Source of the DNA: a virus
Virus record (IMG/VR): IMGVR_UViG_3300009156_000026
Span: 37,734 to 101,733 of that record
DNA: 64,000 nt
Direction: 5' to 3' (one strand)
A program made the translations under genes and the position numbers. Within the stretch, counting starts at the first letter, position 1, and each line of letters begins with the position of its first letter. Below the pieces are notes generated by a model. It ran no database searches and was not told the origin of the DNA. It saw nothing but the letters and a program-made list of their open reading frames with translations. Positions 9,091 to 22,000 of this stretch are shown one piece after another.

Positions 9091-11325
9091 ATGTACTCGA
9101 CGGGTTGGTACCAGCCGGGCGGCGGCTTCTCGGAGCCGCCAATCGGGCCCCAGCCCGAGCCGCCCAGAGTCGACGAGCCCACCACGCCACCAGGGGCTGG
9201 TGGGGGTGGCTACCGCCCGCCGGGCAGCCCGGGTGTCGGGGGAGGAGGCGGCGTGACGACTCCAGGTCAATACAACCTGACCGACCTGATGAACCTGATG
9301 CGCCAGCTTTCGCCGCTCCAGGCGGGCGCTGGATCCGATGAGCTCAACCGCGCCTATCTCGCGGCCCAGGCCCAGCAGAACGCCGCCCTCCTTGGTCAGA
9401 GCGTCCAGTTCCTGAACCAGGACCAGACCAACCAGATGCGGATGATGGAGCTCATGGGCCAGAGCGGGGGCGTCCCGACCGACGCCGCCCAGCGCTGGAG
9501 AAGCGAGCTCCTGGCCCAGCAGGGCATCCAGGGCACCCGCCTCCAGCAGGAGTACGCCCAGTTGATGGGCTACGGGGTCGATGCCCAGGGCAACCTGACC
9601 CAGCAGCAGACCCTCGGCGGACGCCAGCAGACCCTGGCCGAGCAGCAGGCCGCCCAGCAGAACCAGCAGCGGCTGTACGAGCTCATGGGATTTGGCCCCG
9701 GCGGCGTGCAGACGCTCGCCCGCGAGCAGTTCGGCAACGAGGTCCAGCAGGCCGAGCTCCAGCGCCGCCAGCAGATGGCCCTGCTGAACACCCAGCAGAA
9801 CTTCCAGGGCGCCGAGTCGGCCCAGGAGCGGGCGGCGCGGCTCCAGCTTCAGCGCGAGCAGCTTCAGTTCCAGGGCGGCGAGTCGCAGCAGGAGCGCGAC
9901 CTCCGCGAGCGGCTCCAGGCGGGCCAACTGGGCCAGCAGGAGGCGGAGTTCGCCCGCACCTACCTGCTCCAGCAGGCCCAAAGCCGCCGCCAGCAGGCCG
10001 AGCTCGCCGGCTACATGACCGACGAGAACGGCAACACCACGGGCCAGTTGACCGAGGCCGCCCGCGCCGCCAGATCCGGCGAGGCGACCCAGCGAGCCGC
10101 CCTGGCCGCCCAGCTTATGCAGTCCCCCAAGGACGTCTTCCGGGCCGGTGCCTACTTCAGAAGCCTGCGTGGCGCCAACCCGGCCGCGATGGGGCTCCAG
10201 GGCGGCGGCGTGATGGGCTTCAACTCGGCCGCCGATCGCGCGGCGATCGGCCTCCCGGGCACGCTGACCCCCGACGACGTCATCAACGCCACGGGCGGAG
10301 ATCTCTCCCAGCAGGGCGGCGCCACCCAGCAGTTCCAGGCGCTGGGGGCCGTCCCGGGCGCGGCCGAGGCGCGGGCCCAGGGAGCCTCGGCCGGTACCGG
10401 CGCCTCAGCCACCTCGACCGACACCACGGGCGGGGGCTGGGGCAGCGCGAGTGGTGCCCCAGCCGGCTCGTCAGAAGGCACCAGCACCACCGAGCGCGAG
10501 GGCCAGGAGGAGCAGACGGCCGGGCTGAGCCCCGGCGGGCCCGTCGGCTCGGCCGTCGACCGTCAGCTTGGCGACCTCGGGATGGGCGCGGGCGGGGCCA
10601 TGGCCGGCCGAGCGCCCGCAGCGGCCACTGCGGCGTCCTCGTCGATCCCGTACATCGACCCTCGGGTCTTCGAGGAGCCGGCCATCCAGCAGATGACCAG
10701 GGAGCTCCGTCGGATCGGCCGCTCGGATGCCCAGACTGGCGGTGCCGGCCGCGCGCGGGGTCCATCGGGTCCCGTCGGGCGCGCCGAGCGTCGAGCCGGG
10801 ACCACGCCTGCCCGCGTCGAGGTCGGGCCGTATCGCTTCGGGGAGCAGTCGGCCAGGGATCGGCAGGCCGCGACCGAGCGGTTCCTGCGGGGCGTGGCGC
10901 TGGTCAACCAGCGCACGAAGGTCCCGGGCATGAGCCCCGGCGGCCCGGTCGACGCGCCGCTCTGGCCCGATGGCACGGGCGGCACGGCCACCCCGCAGCT
11001 TCAAGACGCCGGGTCGCTGGGCGGATCGAGCTTCCAGGCGCCGATCTCCGAGCCGGTGTCGCTCGCCCAGGCGGCCTCCAGCTTCACGCCGGGCGGGATC
11101 GGCTCGGTCGACCCGGCCACCCAGGACTACGCCATGGGGCAGGCGGCGCAGATGGTCCAGGGCGGGATCGGCAACGTCGCCCCGCAGATCTTCGAGCAGA
11201 TGAGCAAGACCCAGCGCGGCACCCTCGAAGGCGCCTTCGAGGCGCTCGGCCTCAACCCCGACGACGTGATGCAGGCGTACGCCCAGACTCGGTTTGCCAA
11301 CACCGGCAACGTCCTGAGTGCCTGA
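9091..11325 (+). CDS. putative internal virion / DNA-ejection protein, Gln-rich coiled coil (744 aa)
   Basis: Q/A-rich heptad region (LQQEYAQL, RLQLQREQLQ) and Gly-rich linkers typical of podoviral ejected proteins; GGAGGG RBS. Confidence 0.65.
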   Translation: MYSTGWYQPGGGFSEPPIGPQPEPPRVDEPTTPPGAGGGGYRPPGSPGVGGGGGVTTPGQYNLTDLMNLMRQLSPLQAGAGSDELNRAYLAAQAQQNAALLGQSVQFLNQDQTNQMRMMELMGQSGGVPTDAAQRWRSELLAQQGIQGTRLQQEYAQLMGYGVDAQGNLTQQQTLGGRQQTLAEQQAAQQNQQRLYELMGFGPGGVQTLAREQFGNEVQQAELQRRQQMALLNTQQNFQGAESAQERAARLQLQREQLQFQGGESQQERDLRERLQAGQLGQQEAEFARTYLLQQAQSRRQQAELAGYMTDENGNTTGQLTEAARAARSGEATQRAALAAQLMQSPKDVFRAGAYFRSLRGANPAAMGLQGGGVMGFNSAADRAAIGLPGTLTPDDVINATGGDLSQQGGATQQFQALGAVPGAAEARAQGASAGTGASATSTDTTGGGWGSASGAPAGSSEGTSTTEREGQEEQTAGLSPGGPVGSAVDRQLGDLGMGAGGAMAGRAPAAATAASSSIPYIDPRVFEEPAIQQMTRELRRIGRSDAQTGGAGRARGPSGPVGRAERRAGTTPARVEVGPYRFGEQSARDRQAATERFLRGVALVNQRTKVPGMSPGGPVDAPLWPDGTGGTATPQLQDAGSLGGSSFQAPISEPVSLAQAASSFTPGGIGSVDPATQDYAMGQAAQMVQGGIGNVAPQIFEQMSKTQRGTLEGAFEALGLNPDDVMQAYAQTRFANTGNVLSA

Positions 11326-12313
11326 GATGACCAGCCCGGCCTCGAACCTTCCGAACTGGCTGATCGACGCGAGCGGCGGGCCCCGATCCGGGCGGGTCCT
11401 CGACGACCCGCCGCCCGAGGAGGAGGAGCGACCGATGGCGTTGCCACCGCCCGACGGGGGACTCCCGCCACTGCCGCCGGATCTCGGGGCCGGGCCCGAT
11501 CCACTGGCAGCGCTCGCTGGTGGCGCGCCCGGCCTTGGCGGCCCGATGCCGCCGCCGGGTGGCCCACCGCCGGGTGGCCTGCCGCCCGATGCCGGCGGCT
11601 CGTTCCTGCCGCCAGGGCCGCCGCCACCAGGACTCATGCCGCCTCCTGGCCTACCCCCGGGCGGCGGTCTGGGGCCACCCGGGCCACCCGGGTTGCCGAC
11701 GGGTGGCCCGGGTCTGGGGCCCCCACCCCCTCTGCCGATGCCGCCGCCGGGCGCCCCGCTGCCGAACCTGCCGCCCTTGATGAGTCAGGCCCCGCCACCA
11801 GGGCCGCCGCCACCGCCGACCGTCGGGGTGGCTGGTGGGACCGCGCCCGGCGCCCAGGCGCCCGTGATGCATATCGCCAACAGCGTCGTGAACGTTGGCC
11901 AGCAGGACGTCCAGACGCAGGGCAATCCGGCCGCGCCCGGCAACGTCAGCGGTGAGGCTGGTGCTCCGCCAGCCACGGCCGCCCCGACCTCCTTAGCTGA
12001 CATCCCGTTCGAGGACGTCCCGGCCCCGGGCGCCGGCCCCCCGATGAACCTGCCCGGCCCGGTCCCCGAGGCGCCGCCGCCCGCCCCCGTGATGGGGCCA
12101 GAGCCGTCGGTGCCAGAAGGAGCAACGGCGGGGCCCCTCCCTTCGGGCCTCCCCGCGTCGCCGCAGGGTGCCCTCGGGATGGCGGCTGCCGCTGCTCCGC
12201 CGGATCTTGGCATGCCGCCGGACCTGGGCCCGCCGCCGGATCTGGGGGGTGGGGCTGCGGCCGAGGCGCCGCTCGGGCCGACCTTCAACCCGCAGAGCGG
12301 CACCTACCAGTAG
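11318..12313 (+). CDS. very Pro/Gly-rich, probably disordered protein (331 aa)
   Basis: Only ORF filling the gap between coupled neighbours; C-terminus FNPQSGTYQ. Confidence 0.65.
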   Translation: MPEMTSPASNLPNWLIDASGGPRSGRVLDDPPPEEEERPMALPPPDGGLPPLPPDLGAGPDPLAALAGGAPGLGGPMPPPGGPPPGGLPPDAGGSFLPPGPPPPGLMPPPGLPPGGGLGPPGPPGLPTGGPGLGPPPPLPMPPPGAPLPNLPPLMSQAPPPGPPPPPTVGVAGGTAPGAQAPVMHIANSVVNVGQQDVQTQGNPAAPGNVSGEAGAPPATAAPTSLADIPFEDVPAPGAGPPMNLPGPVPEAPPPAPVMGPEPSVPEGATAGPLPSGLPASPQGALGMAAAAAPPDLGMPPDLGPPPDLGGGAAAEAPLGPTFNPQSGTYQ

Positions 12314-12322
12314 GGGAGCATC

Positions 12323-13045
12323 GTGGCTGACGAGGATCAGAGCTTCCAAGACGACGACGACACCCCGCCGACGGCGATCGTGATCTCCCTGGGACCGCCA
12401 GACGAGGTGCCGGTCGAGGTGCCGTCCGAGCCCGGCCCGCCCGTCCACGAGCCGCCGCCGATGTCGATGCCGACGCCAGAGCCACCCTCGGGCGAGCCCA
12501 AGCCGGCGCCGACGCCAGAGCCTGCGCCCGTCACCCCGGGCAACCCGCTCTGGGACACCCCGCCGCCGGGTACCCCGGGCACGCCAACGGGGGCCGGCAC
12601 GCCGCTCGACGAGGGCTTTTACGTCTGGCTCAAGCATCACGGCGTCACCCCTGGCGATGCCTCCCAGCGGGCCCGCATGGGCGAGCTCTACCGCAACTAC
12701 CAGTCGCTGCCGGAGCAGGACCACGCCTACTACCGCGAGGCCGGGCGGGCCGATCCCGCCAGCCACGCCTTCGACCTCAGCGGCTGGGCCGGGACGCCGG
12801 GCCTGCCGGCCTACGACCTGGGACGGAAGGAGCCGCCGCCCGTGGGCCCGCCCGACGAGGTGCCGCCCGAGGGGCCGCCCGAGGAGCCGGGGCCGCCCGT
12901 TCATGAGCCGATCATGATCGGGCTGCCCGAGACCGAGCGCGCGGCGTTCCGCGAGCGCTACGGCTACGTGCCGACCGAGTACGACTGGGAGGGGCGGCGG
13001 ACCCGCCGACGGCGCTGGGACGCGACGAGGGGGAGATTCGTCTAA
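12323..13045 (+). CDS. acidic/Pro-rich protein with internal repeat (240 aa)
   Basis: GGGGAG RBS; DEVPVEVPSEPGPPVHEP recurs as DEVPPEGPPEEPGPPVHEP; stop abuts the giant ORF start. Confidence 0.7.
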   Translation: MADEDQSFQDDDDTPPTAIVISLGPPDEVPVEVPSEPGPPVHEPPPMSMPTPEPPSGEPKPAPTPEPAPVTPGNPLWDTPPPGTPGTPTGAGTPLDEGFYVWLKHHGVTPGDASQRARMGELYRNYQSLPEQDHAYYREAGRADPASHAFDLSGWAGTPGLPAYDLGRKEPPPVGPPDEVPPEGPPEEPGPPVHEPIMIGLPETERAAFRERYGYVPTEYDWEGRRTRRRRWDATRGRFV

Positions 13046-16000
13046 GTGGCCGCCGAAGAGTGGGAGTACGAGTACGACTATGACCAGCCCGAAGATTCGG
13101 GTGAGGACACGTCGTACGAGTACGAAGAGCCCAGCTACGAAGAGCCCAGCTACGAAGAGCCGGTCTACCAGGAGCCCAGCTACCAGGAGCCCAGCTACGA
13201 AGAGGGCGGCGACTGGTACGACGCCTACGCCCGTGGCTACAGCGGCGGCGGCCTTGGCTACGTCGCACCCGAGGCCGAGCCTGAAAGCTGGTACGACGCC
13301 TACGCCCAGGCGTTCAGCCCCCGCGTCGAGCAGCGTCCGACCGACCCGTACGCCTGGAGCTACAACGAGGGGGGCCGTCCCGAGACGATCGACACCTGGG
13401 CCGACGGCCGCCCGATGGACGAGAAGGCGGCCAAGCAGGCCCGGATCTACCGGGTGGCGCTCGAAAACGGGCTCGACGAGGAGGGCGCACGGGTCCTCGT
13501 CGCGGTCACCGAGACCGAGGCGGGACTCTTCGGCGCGCTCGGTGACGGCGGCCAGTCTCGCGGCCCATTTCAATTCTACGAAGGCGGGCAGATGCCGGCC
13601 TTCCGTCAGTGGGTGCAGGCCAACGGCATTCCCGGCGACCCCAACCAGCTTGTCCACGACCCCGAGATCGCGACCTCGTTCGCGGCCTCGAACTACCTGG
13701 GCGCCGCGATCAAGCGTGGGCAGGCGCAGGGGCTGCACGGCGCCGATCTCGCGACCTACGCCCAGCGGACGGGACAGGTCTCGGTCTCTCCCGAGCGGAC
13801 GGGCGAGAACTACCAGCGCCTGTTCGCCACGGGCGACCCGTACGGCGACGCCATCCGGGTGGCCCAGCCGTCAGCGGGGGCCCGGGCCCGTGCGAACGCC
13901 CAGATCCCGCCCGGGCACTGGGACGGCGACGGCCACGATCACGGCGTCGCGACCCCGTACACCCAGCAACAGGTCGGCCGTGACGGCTCGGTCTGGCAGA
14001 TCGCGTTCGACTTCGACCAGCCGTACGCGGACCCGTTCAACCCCCAGATCCCGAACCATCGCGGCGTCGACCTCCAGCTAGCCGGGGCGCCCAACGGCGG
14101 CGAGAACACCCCGTACACGGCGATGCGCAATGGACGGGTGGTCAAGATCACCAACGACCCCCACGGCGGGATCGGGATCATCGTCGACACCGGCGACCCC
14201 TCGGCCAGATATGACAGATATTTTCACAACAACGCCGTCAGCGTGCGCGAGGGCGACGTCGTCCAGGCCGGGCGGACCAACCTTGGGGTGATCGGTCAGA
14301 CCGGGAGTCAAGGCTTCCCGCACCTGCATTACGAGGTCAGCCAGAACGTTGACGGCGACCCGATGGGGCAGACGATCGACCCCCGTCCGTACCTCGGGCC
14401 ACCGCCCGGGCGGCCCCAGGCCGCTGTCCGTGCCCAGCCCGGGGCGCCGTGGGACCCGTACGCCCCGTACGGTGGCGCGCAGCAGCAGCAGCCGCGCGCA
14501 GCAGCCGCCGTGGCGGCGCAGCCGAACGTCGTTGAGCTCACGACGCCGTACACCTCGGGCCGCCGCCAGACCACCGACGGGATCGTGATCCACGCGACCC
14601 GTGGCCAGGGCGAGACCCCCCAGGCCGAGTACGAGTGGACGCTGGGCTGGTTCGGGAAGAACCCGTATCAGGTGAGTGCGAACGCCGTCATCGGCCCTGA
14701 CGGCCAGATCGCGATGCCCCGCGACTGGGATCTGATCACCCACCACGCGGGCGAAAATAATGCGACCAAGTTCGGGATCGAGTTGGCCCAGTCGGCCGCC
14801 GACTCGGCTCGCGGGGTGCCGTACACCGACGCCCAGTACGCCTCGCTCGGCTGGCTGCTCGGGCAGTTGCACCAGCGCTACGGCATCCCGATCGACAGAA
14901 GCCATGTGGTCGGGCACGAGGAGCTCGACCAGGGTCGTCGACAGAACAAGACCGACCCCGGCGAGAACTTCGACTGGGGGCGGGCCCTCCAGCTTGGCGC
15001 CCAGCCCCAGCGAGGGGTCCCGGCCCAGCAGGCCACCCAGACGGCCAGGGTCGCTCCAGCGGCGCCGTACCAGGACGTCGGCGGCACGGCCCCCGGCCGC
15101 CCGCCAGCGGGTACCCCGACACCAGCCACGGGCGGCAGCTACACGGTCGGCGGCCGTCCCGCGACCAGGGAGCAGTACGACGCGGCCGTCGCCAGCGATC
15201 GGGAGAGCCGCGACAGGTTCCTGGCCCAGCTTCCAGAGCCCACCCGGAACGCCTACACCGAGTGGGAGGCGTTCAGGCGTTCACGGGGCGAGGACCCCAA
15301 CGACATCCCGGCCTTCCGCGCGCACATCGATCGGCTCGGCGTCGAGAACCCCTGGACGGGCCAGGAGCAGCGTAGAGAGCAGGCAAGAGTCGCAAGAGAG
15401 CAGTTCGAGGCGTCGCTGCCCGAGACGACCAGGACCCAGTTCCGCGAGTGGGCAGCCGACCGTGAGGCCCGTGGTCAGGACCTTACCCTGCCGGCCTTCC
15501 GCGAGCACCTGGGTGCGCTCGGCGCGCCGGATCCCTGGACGGCCCAGGAGCAGGCCGCCCGTGCTGCGGCTGCCCGCCCGGCGGCGGCCACACCACCGCC
15601 GCCGGCCGGACGGACGGTCTACAGGTTAGCCGGCGGGACCGAGATCTCCGAGGCTCAGGCGCAGGAGATCGGGCGTCAGAATGCCGCCGCCGAGCGGATC
15701 AACGCCGGCTACAACGAGCGGATCGCGGCTGCCCGCGTCGAGCGGGAGCGGCTACGGACGTGGCAGGCCCAAAGCGACGCCTACTTCAACGATCCGAACG
15801 GCCAGCTTCCCCACCCGGGCCCGAGGCCGAGCACCGAGAACCTCGACTGGCTGGAGGCCGATGCGGCCAGGGGGGCCGACACGGGTGCCCGCGAGCAGCC
15901 GATCACGGTCGTCTCCAGCTACAACGAGCCGGCCTCGGCCGACGAGGTGGCAGCCGCCCGCGCCCGCGCCGAGGCCCGCGTCCAGACGGGCGCCCTGACC

Positions 16001-19000
16001 CGTGAGGCCGCAGCATCGTCGGACCCGCTCGTCCAGGCGGCCCAGGCGGCCCAGGCGCGATCCACCCAGCTTCTCCAGCAGGTCGAGAACCAGCGGATCC
16101 TCGATCGCGAGAGCCCGCTCGACCCCCGCTACATCGCGCTGGTCCGTAGCCAGGAGCTTCAGCGTCAGGGCGCGATGCAGGAGGGCCCGCTGCCCCAGCT
16201 TACCGACCAGGAGATCGCCATGCCCACGATCCGCCCGGCCCAGCCGGAGCGGTTCAATCAGGCGATCTACGACTACTACCGCAATCGCGGCTACTCCGAG
16301 GAGCAGGCCCGCGCCGAGGCGACCCTGGCGCCGGCCAGAGAAGCCACGATGGAGCCGCCGTCCCCGAGGGTGATCCAGGCCGATCCCGTCCCCGAGGTCG
16401 ACCCGAACATCTCGACCTACGAGGCGCTGGCGAACGCTGCGATCCGTGGCACCGCCGGACTGGCGACCGGGCTCTACAACATCCCCGAGGCGGTCGGCTA
16501 CTACACGGGTCAGACGTGGCTGGAGGAGGAGTCTAGAGAACGGATCCGTGGCATCCAGGGCGCCGTCCGTGAGTCGGGGGCGCTGCGTCAGTCGGGCAAC
16601 CAGTGGTACCAGAGCCCGCTCGGCTTCTTCGAGGGCGCCGCCGAGAACCTGCCCAACGTCGCCGCCACCGTCGGCGCGGCGTTCCTGACGGGTGGCGGAT
16701 CGATCGCCGCGATGGCGGCTGGCGGCGGGGCCCGGGTGGTCGCCCCGCTGCTCGTCCGTGGCGGGATGGCGGCCTCTCGGGCGGCGCTGGTGGCGGGGTC
16801 GCTGGCATCTGGCGGCCAGATGCGCGAGTCGCTCCGTGACGAGGTCGCGGCCGGCCTGATCAACCAGGAGACGGCCGACTTCGCGGGTGCTGTCGCAGCG
16901 GCCACCGAGGCGCTGACCGAGACGGTCATGCCGGGCCTGGACAGGATGGTCCTGCGCGGCTTCGGCCTCCAGGCCGCCAAGGAGATCGGTCACGAGCTCA
17001 TCAAGCGCGGCCTGGGCGGCGCGCTCAAGACGGTCGGCGGCGAGATCGTCAACGAGGCCGGCGAGGAGCTCGTGACCGAGGCGGTCGGGATCGGGACCGA
17101 CCTCGCCTTCTCGGCCCAGAAGCCGACCATGCTGGAGGCCGCCGAGCGGCTGGCCACGGCTGGTGTGATGGGCGGGGCCCTGGGTGGCGCGATGGCCGGC
17201 CCGATCACCGCTTCCGGTGCCGTCGTCCAGGCGCTCGAAGGCCGCAGAGAGACCGCCAACGCTCGCCAGCTTGACGCGGCCTTCGGCAGCCCGGCCGACC
17301 AGCTTGCCCGCGACGGGGTCCAGGTGGTGGTCGCCTCACCCGACTTCGGGACCTACGCCGTCCGCCACATCGACCCGACCAACCCGAACCGCCAGCGCGC
17401 GTTCACCCTGAACATCTCCGAGGATGCCGAGGGCAACGCGGTCGTCACCCCGGGCGGCGCCTATCGCGGCGAGCCGCTGCGGACCATCGACCTCCAGGAC
17501 CCGACCGCCGATCGGATGCGGGCCGCCCGCAACGCCGGCGCAGCGTTGACCTACCTGAACCAGCAGGGGGTGATCTCCAACGAGACGGCCTCGGGTGCGA
17601 TCGAGTCGCTCCAGAAGCGGGCCGAGGCCGCAGCCAGCGGTGCGGCGGTCGCGACCCAGGCCCGTCCGTCCCGCGAGGCATCCCTGGAGGAGGGGCCCGA
17701 GCGCAGCGAGGGGTATATCAAGCCCGACGGCTGGTCCGACGTCGGCACGATCCCCGGCACCGACCTGCACCTGCGAGCCGCCGACCACCTGCCGCAGCCG
17801 CTGGTCTCCCAGATCATGCGGGCCGAGGCCGATCGCGTGATCGCGGCCTCGGTCTCGGAGCTCACCGACCGCATGGACAAGCGGTCACAGGACCTGGGCA
17901 TCACGCCGAGGACGATCGTGCGCCGCCTGATGGGCACCTCGCTCTACGGCGCCGGGATGATCGCCCAGAACGACAACATCTTCGTCGAGGGGACCCGAAA
18001 CCGCGAGACCGGCATCGGCACGCTGGGCGGCTTCCAGTTCGATACGGGAGCCATCATCTTCGACGCGATCAACGACGCCAAGGAGGCTGGCTACAGCCTC
18101 GCCCAGTTCCTCGATCCGAGGGTCGGCGGGCGGTTCCTGGCGGCCAAGATCGCGGAGGTCGCGGTCCACGAGCCGAGCCACGACGTCAACGCCTACCATG
18201 GCGAGCGGTTCCACCAGACGATGACGGCCTACCGTCAGGCGCTGGTTGCGGAGCAGCGGGCGCTTGAGCCGATCATGCGCGAGCTTGTCTCGTCGGGCGC
18301 CGTCGAGCGGTCGCTGGCCCTGCACGCCCAGATGTACCGCGATCATGCCCGCCACTGGTACTGGCGAGGAAGGGGCCGAGATGTCGCAGCCGAGCTCGCA
18401 GCCCGAGATGCCCGACGCGGGACTCCCCTCGGGGGAGCTATTGATGTTCGTCGGCCTGATAGTCAAGGCGGCCGAGGAGCAAGACCAGCGGCTGCTCGAC
18501 CTGTACCTGCGGATGGCCGAGGAGTCGGGGCTATCACGCTCCGAGGTCCTGGCCTACGCCCTGCGGCGCAGGCCGGGGAACCCGCTACTGGCGTCCCTGA
18601 GCTAGGCCCGCCCTCGCCGCTGGTCTCGCGTGAGGCCGCCATGGCCAGTGGCGTCCCGGTCGAGATGCCGTCCGACCCACGGGTCCAACAGGCGCTCGCC
18701 CGCACGCCCGGTATCCAGGTCACCCCAGATGGACTGGTGGTTGATGCGACGCGGTTCCAGCGACGGGGCAGCGGCGGCGCGCCGTCGCTCTCGGGCAACG
18801 TCTACTACGGCGTCTCGGGGCCAGAGACGACCATCGGCGGCGACAACAGCTACTACGACCAGCGCGATCGGCTGGTCTACGGTGGGTCCGAGGCCGTCAG
18901 GGGTCCGACCGTCCTGCGCCGTCCGTTCGTCGGCACCTCGGGGGCGTTCCACCCGGAGGGGGCGCAGACGATTGCCGAGGCGGTGGGTGACCAGGATGCC

Positions 19001-22000
19001 GCCCGTCCGCTCGCGGTGCTCAATCAGGCTGGCTTCCTGAACACGGCGTCGCCCGAGGCCAGGGCGGCCATCACCGACGCCATGGAGCAGTACGGGGTCG
19101 ATCGCGCGATCCCCGAGCGGATCTTCCAGGCGCTTGACAGTGGGCTGATCCGCGAGCAAGCTGCCCGCTCGAACCTCTCCGAGGCGGTCGCTGGCGAGGC
19201 GTTGCGACGGGCCGGCTACGACGGCTACATCAGGCTGAACCCCGACAACACGGTCGACTCGATCATGGACGTCAGGGAGCAGACCTACCCGGACGAGGAG
19301 GGGCGAACCGCGCTCCATCCGCAGTTCGAGGGCGCAGCACCCGCTGTGACGCGCAGCGCCGACGGCTACGAGCAGATCGGCATGTTCGACTCGGACGAGG
19401 TCCGCCCGTCGAACATGGCCGCCCGCGAGGCTGCACTGTCCCGACCGATCCCGACCCGTGTCCAGTACCCGCCGGAGGTGGCCCAGCAGCTTCAGGCAGC
19501 CGGTCTGGAGCTCCAGCCTGAGCGGGGGCTGGTGGTGCCGATGGCGGCGCCAGCGGCGGGCGGCGTCGAGGCCGATCGCCGTCCCGATGGCGGCATCAGC
19601 TTCACCGAGCTTACGCCCGGCCCAGGTGGGCGCGAGGTCGCCCTGGCCAACCCGATCATCCACCAGGGCGGCACGATGGCCACCGATCGGGCGCAGGCGC
19701 TGGCCGATCTGCTGGGCGAGGACCCCGGGACGGGCTCCAGGTTAGTCGAAGCGATCCAGGACGCGATCGCGCAGGACGGCCCGACGACCGAGAACGTCAG
19801 AACGATCATGGCCTCGATCGGGCTGGGGGACCCGGATCAGGCGGCGCTGCTGGTCAAGGCAGCGAGAGGGGATACCGGCCAGGGCTCGGGCAGCTTGGCC
19901 AACCACATCGTCTCGCAGATGCTCGCGCACGAGGGGCGGATCCACGGCCACGACGGGCTTGTGACGCTCGGTCCAGACGGCGCCCCCAGCATCGCTAGCT
20001 TCCAGCGGCCCCAGGATACAGCCGACACGGGCTACGTGGTCGACGACGGACAGCTTCTCTACCGTGGGGAAGCGGAGACGCCTCCGAGCTATCAGGTGCA
20101 GGACGGCCAGCTTGTCCACCAGGGCACGGGCTATGAGGTGCAGGACGGCCGCCCGGTCTACCAGGGCCCGTCGGCCATGGTCCCGAGCATCCGCCCGATG
20201 CGCGACGCGGTCGAGGCCGAGATCGCGAAGATGGAGGGTCACCGCACCGAGTCCCTGGCTCGCGCCGAGCAGAGCGGCGACTCCTGGGGCTACGACGCCA
20301 ACAACGCCCGGCTGCTGGAGCAGCAGATCGCCCGTCGTCGAGCAGTGCTCGATCGGGTGGAGAGCCGGGCCCCGCTCGACTTCCCGGGCGTCGAGCCGAG
20401 GATCATCGTCCCGGCCGAGGCCGGCGAAGGGGTGACCACCTCGTCCGACTGGAACGGCGGCGTCCGCGCCTGGGCTCAGATCAACGGCGCCACCGTCCGA
20501 GGCGTCCCGATCGACGTGGACGACGAGCGGGTCCCGGACGTGCTGTACCACGCCACGACCAACCTACCGGCCGTCCAGCGCTCGGGCATGCTGCGGGCGG
20601 GTGGGGTCGGCGGGCTGGGCGGCGACAACCGCGACAACATCGTCTCGCTGACGATCAGCCGCCCGATTGCCGACGGGATCGCCCGTGACCTCCGTACGGC
20701 GATCGACGTGGCGCGCATCCCCGAGCCAGCCACGGTCCAGGTGCCCTGGGAGGACTCGCGGGGGCGGACCCACTACAGCACCGAGTGGGCCGATCCCGAG
20801 GAGTACCAACGCTACCGCGAGGCCGTGATCACCCGCCTCCAGGCGCAGGCCCGGACCGAGGGCTGGACGTGGGATGCCGAGCACATCTCGCCCACCGCTG
20901 CCGGGCGCGACATCTTCAGCACCTACTTCCAGGTGCGCTCGTACCAGACCGACCTGAAGAACCCGCTGATCTACACCGAGCTCGACGCGCTGCGGCTGAT
21001 CGACCCCGAGAACATCGGCGTCGTCGAGGTCCCCCGTGACGCCCTCAGGACAGGCGCGTTACTCACCGACCTGGACCTGGGGAGGAACCACCTCGAAGAG
21101 ATCAGAAGCTACGGCGACGTCCCGCTCCAGCCCGGGGTACCCACCAGCGGGCCCTCCGCGATGCAGGGCGAGCTTCCGCCGCCGCCGCCGATCGTCAGGC
21201 CCGACCAGCGGTCGTCACAGCCGTTCCCGTCGAACGTGATCATCCCCCGGCAGTTCATCGCGCCCGACCTCCGGGCCGGCCCCGAGACCGAGCTTGCCGA
21301 GCCGCCGCCCTTCGCAGGCCCCCCGCTGGTGGGTACCGAGGAGGCGATCGACGCGGGCTGGGCCGGCATCCCGGACCCCAGGACCCCGATCGAGAACCGC
21401 GCCGATCTGCACAATCGGCTGGTCCTGACGCGCTTCCTGTCGCAGCGGGAGCTCAAGGAGATCCTGGGCGAGCGCCCGCAGGACCTCCAGCAAGTCATCG
21501 ACTTCATGGTCGCCCAGCGCCAGAAGGTGGTCGAGGGACGGCTGCTGCCATCGGACGTCGCCAAGGCGTACCTGATGACGGTCTCGTCCCAGGGCCAGGG
21601 CGCGATCGACCCCCAGATCATCCTGGACAAGACGGGACTGGCGATCCCCGACCACTTCTTGACCCCCAACCGTGACGGGGTGCGGCAGATCCGCGCCGAG
21701 GACGCAGCGGCTGCCTGGATCGCCTCCCCGACGGGTCAGCGGACGCTGGCCCAGCTTGACCAGGGCACGTTCGACGAGGCCGGCTGGGAGAACGCCGCCT
21801 CCATTCGCGCGGCCTTCTCGGACGATCGGCTGAACAACAACAACGTCATGGGGACCCGTCCCAACAGACGGGGCAGGATCTCGATGCGGGACGTCGTGGC
21901 CTTGACTGCCGATCTCAACCAGATCGGGGACAACCCACGGGCGATGGCGGCGGCGGTCGAGCGCCTCAATGGGATCGGCCCCCGCAAGACGGGCTTCATC

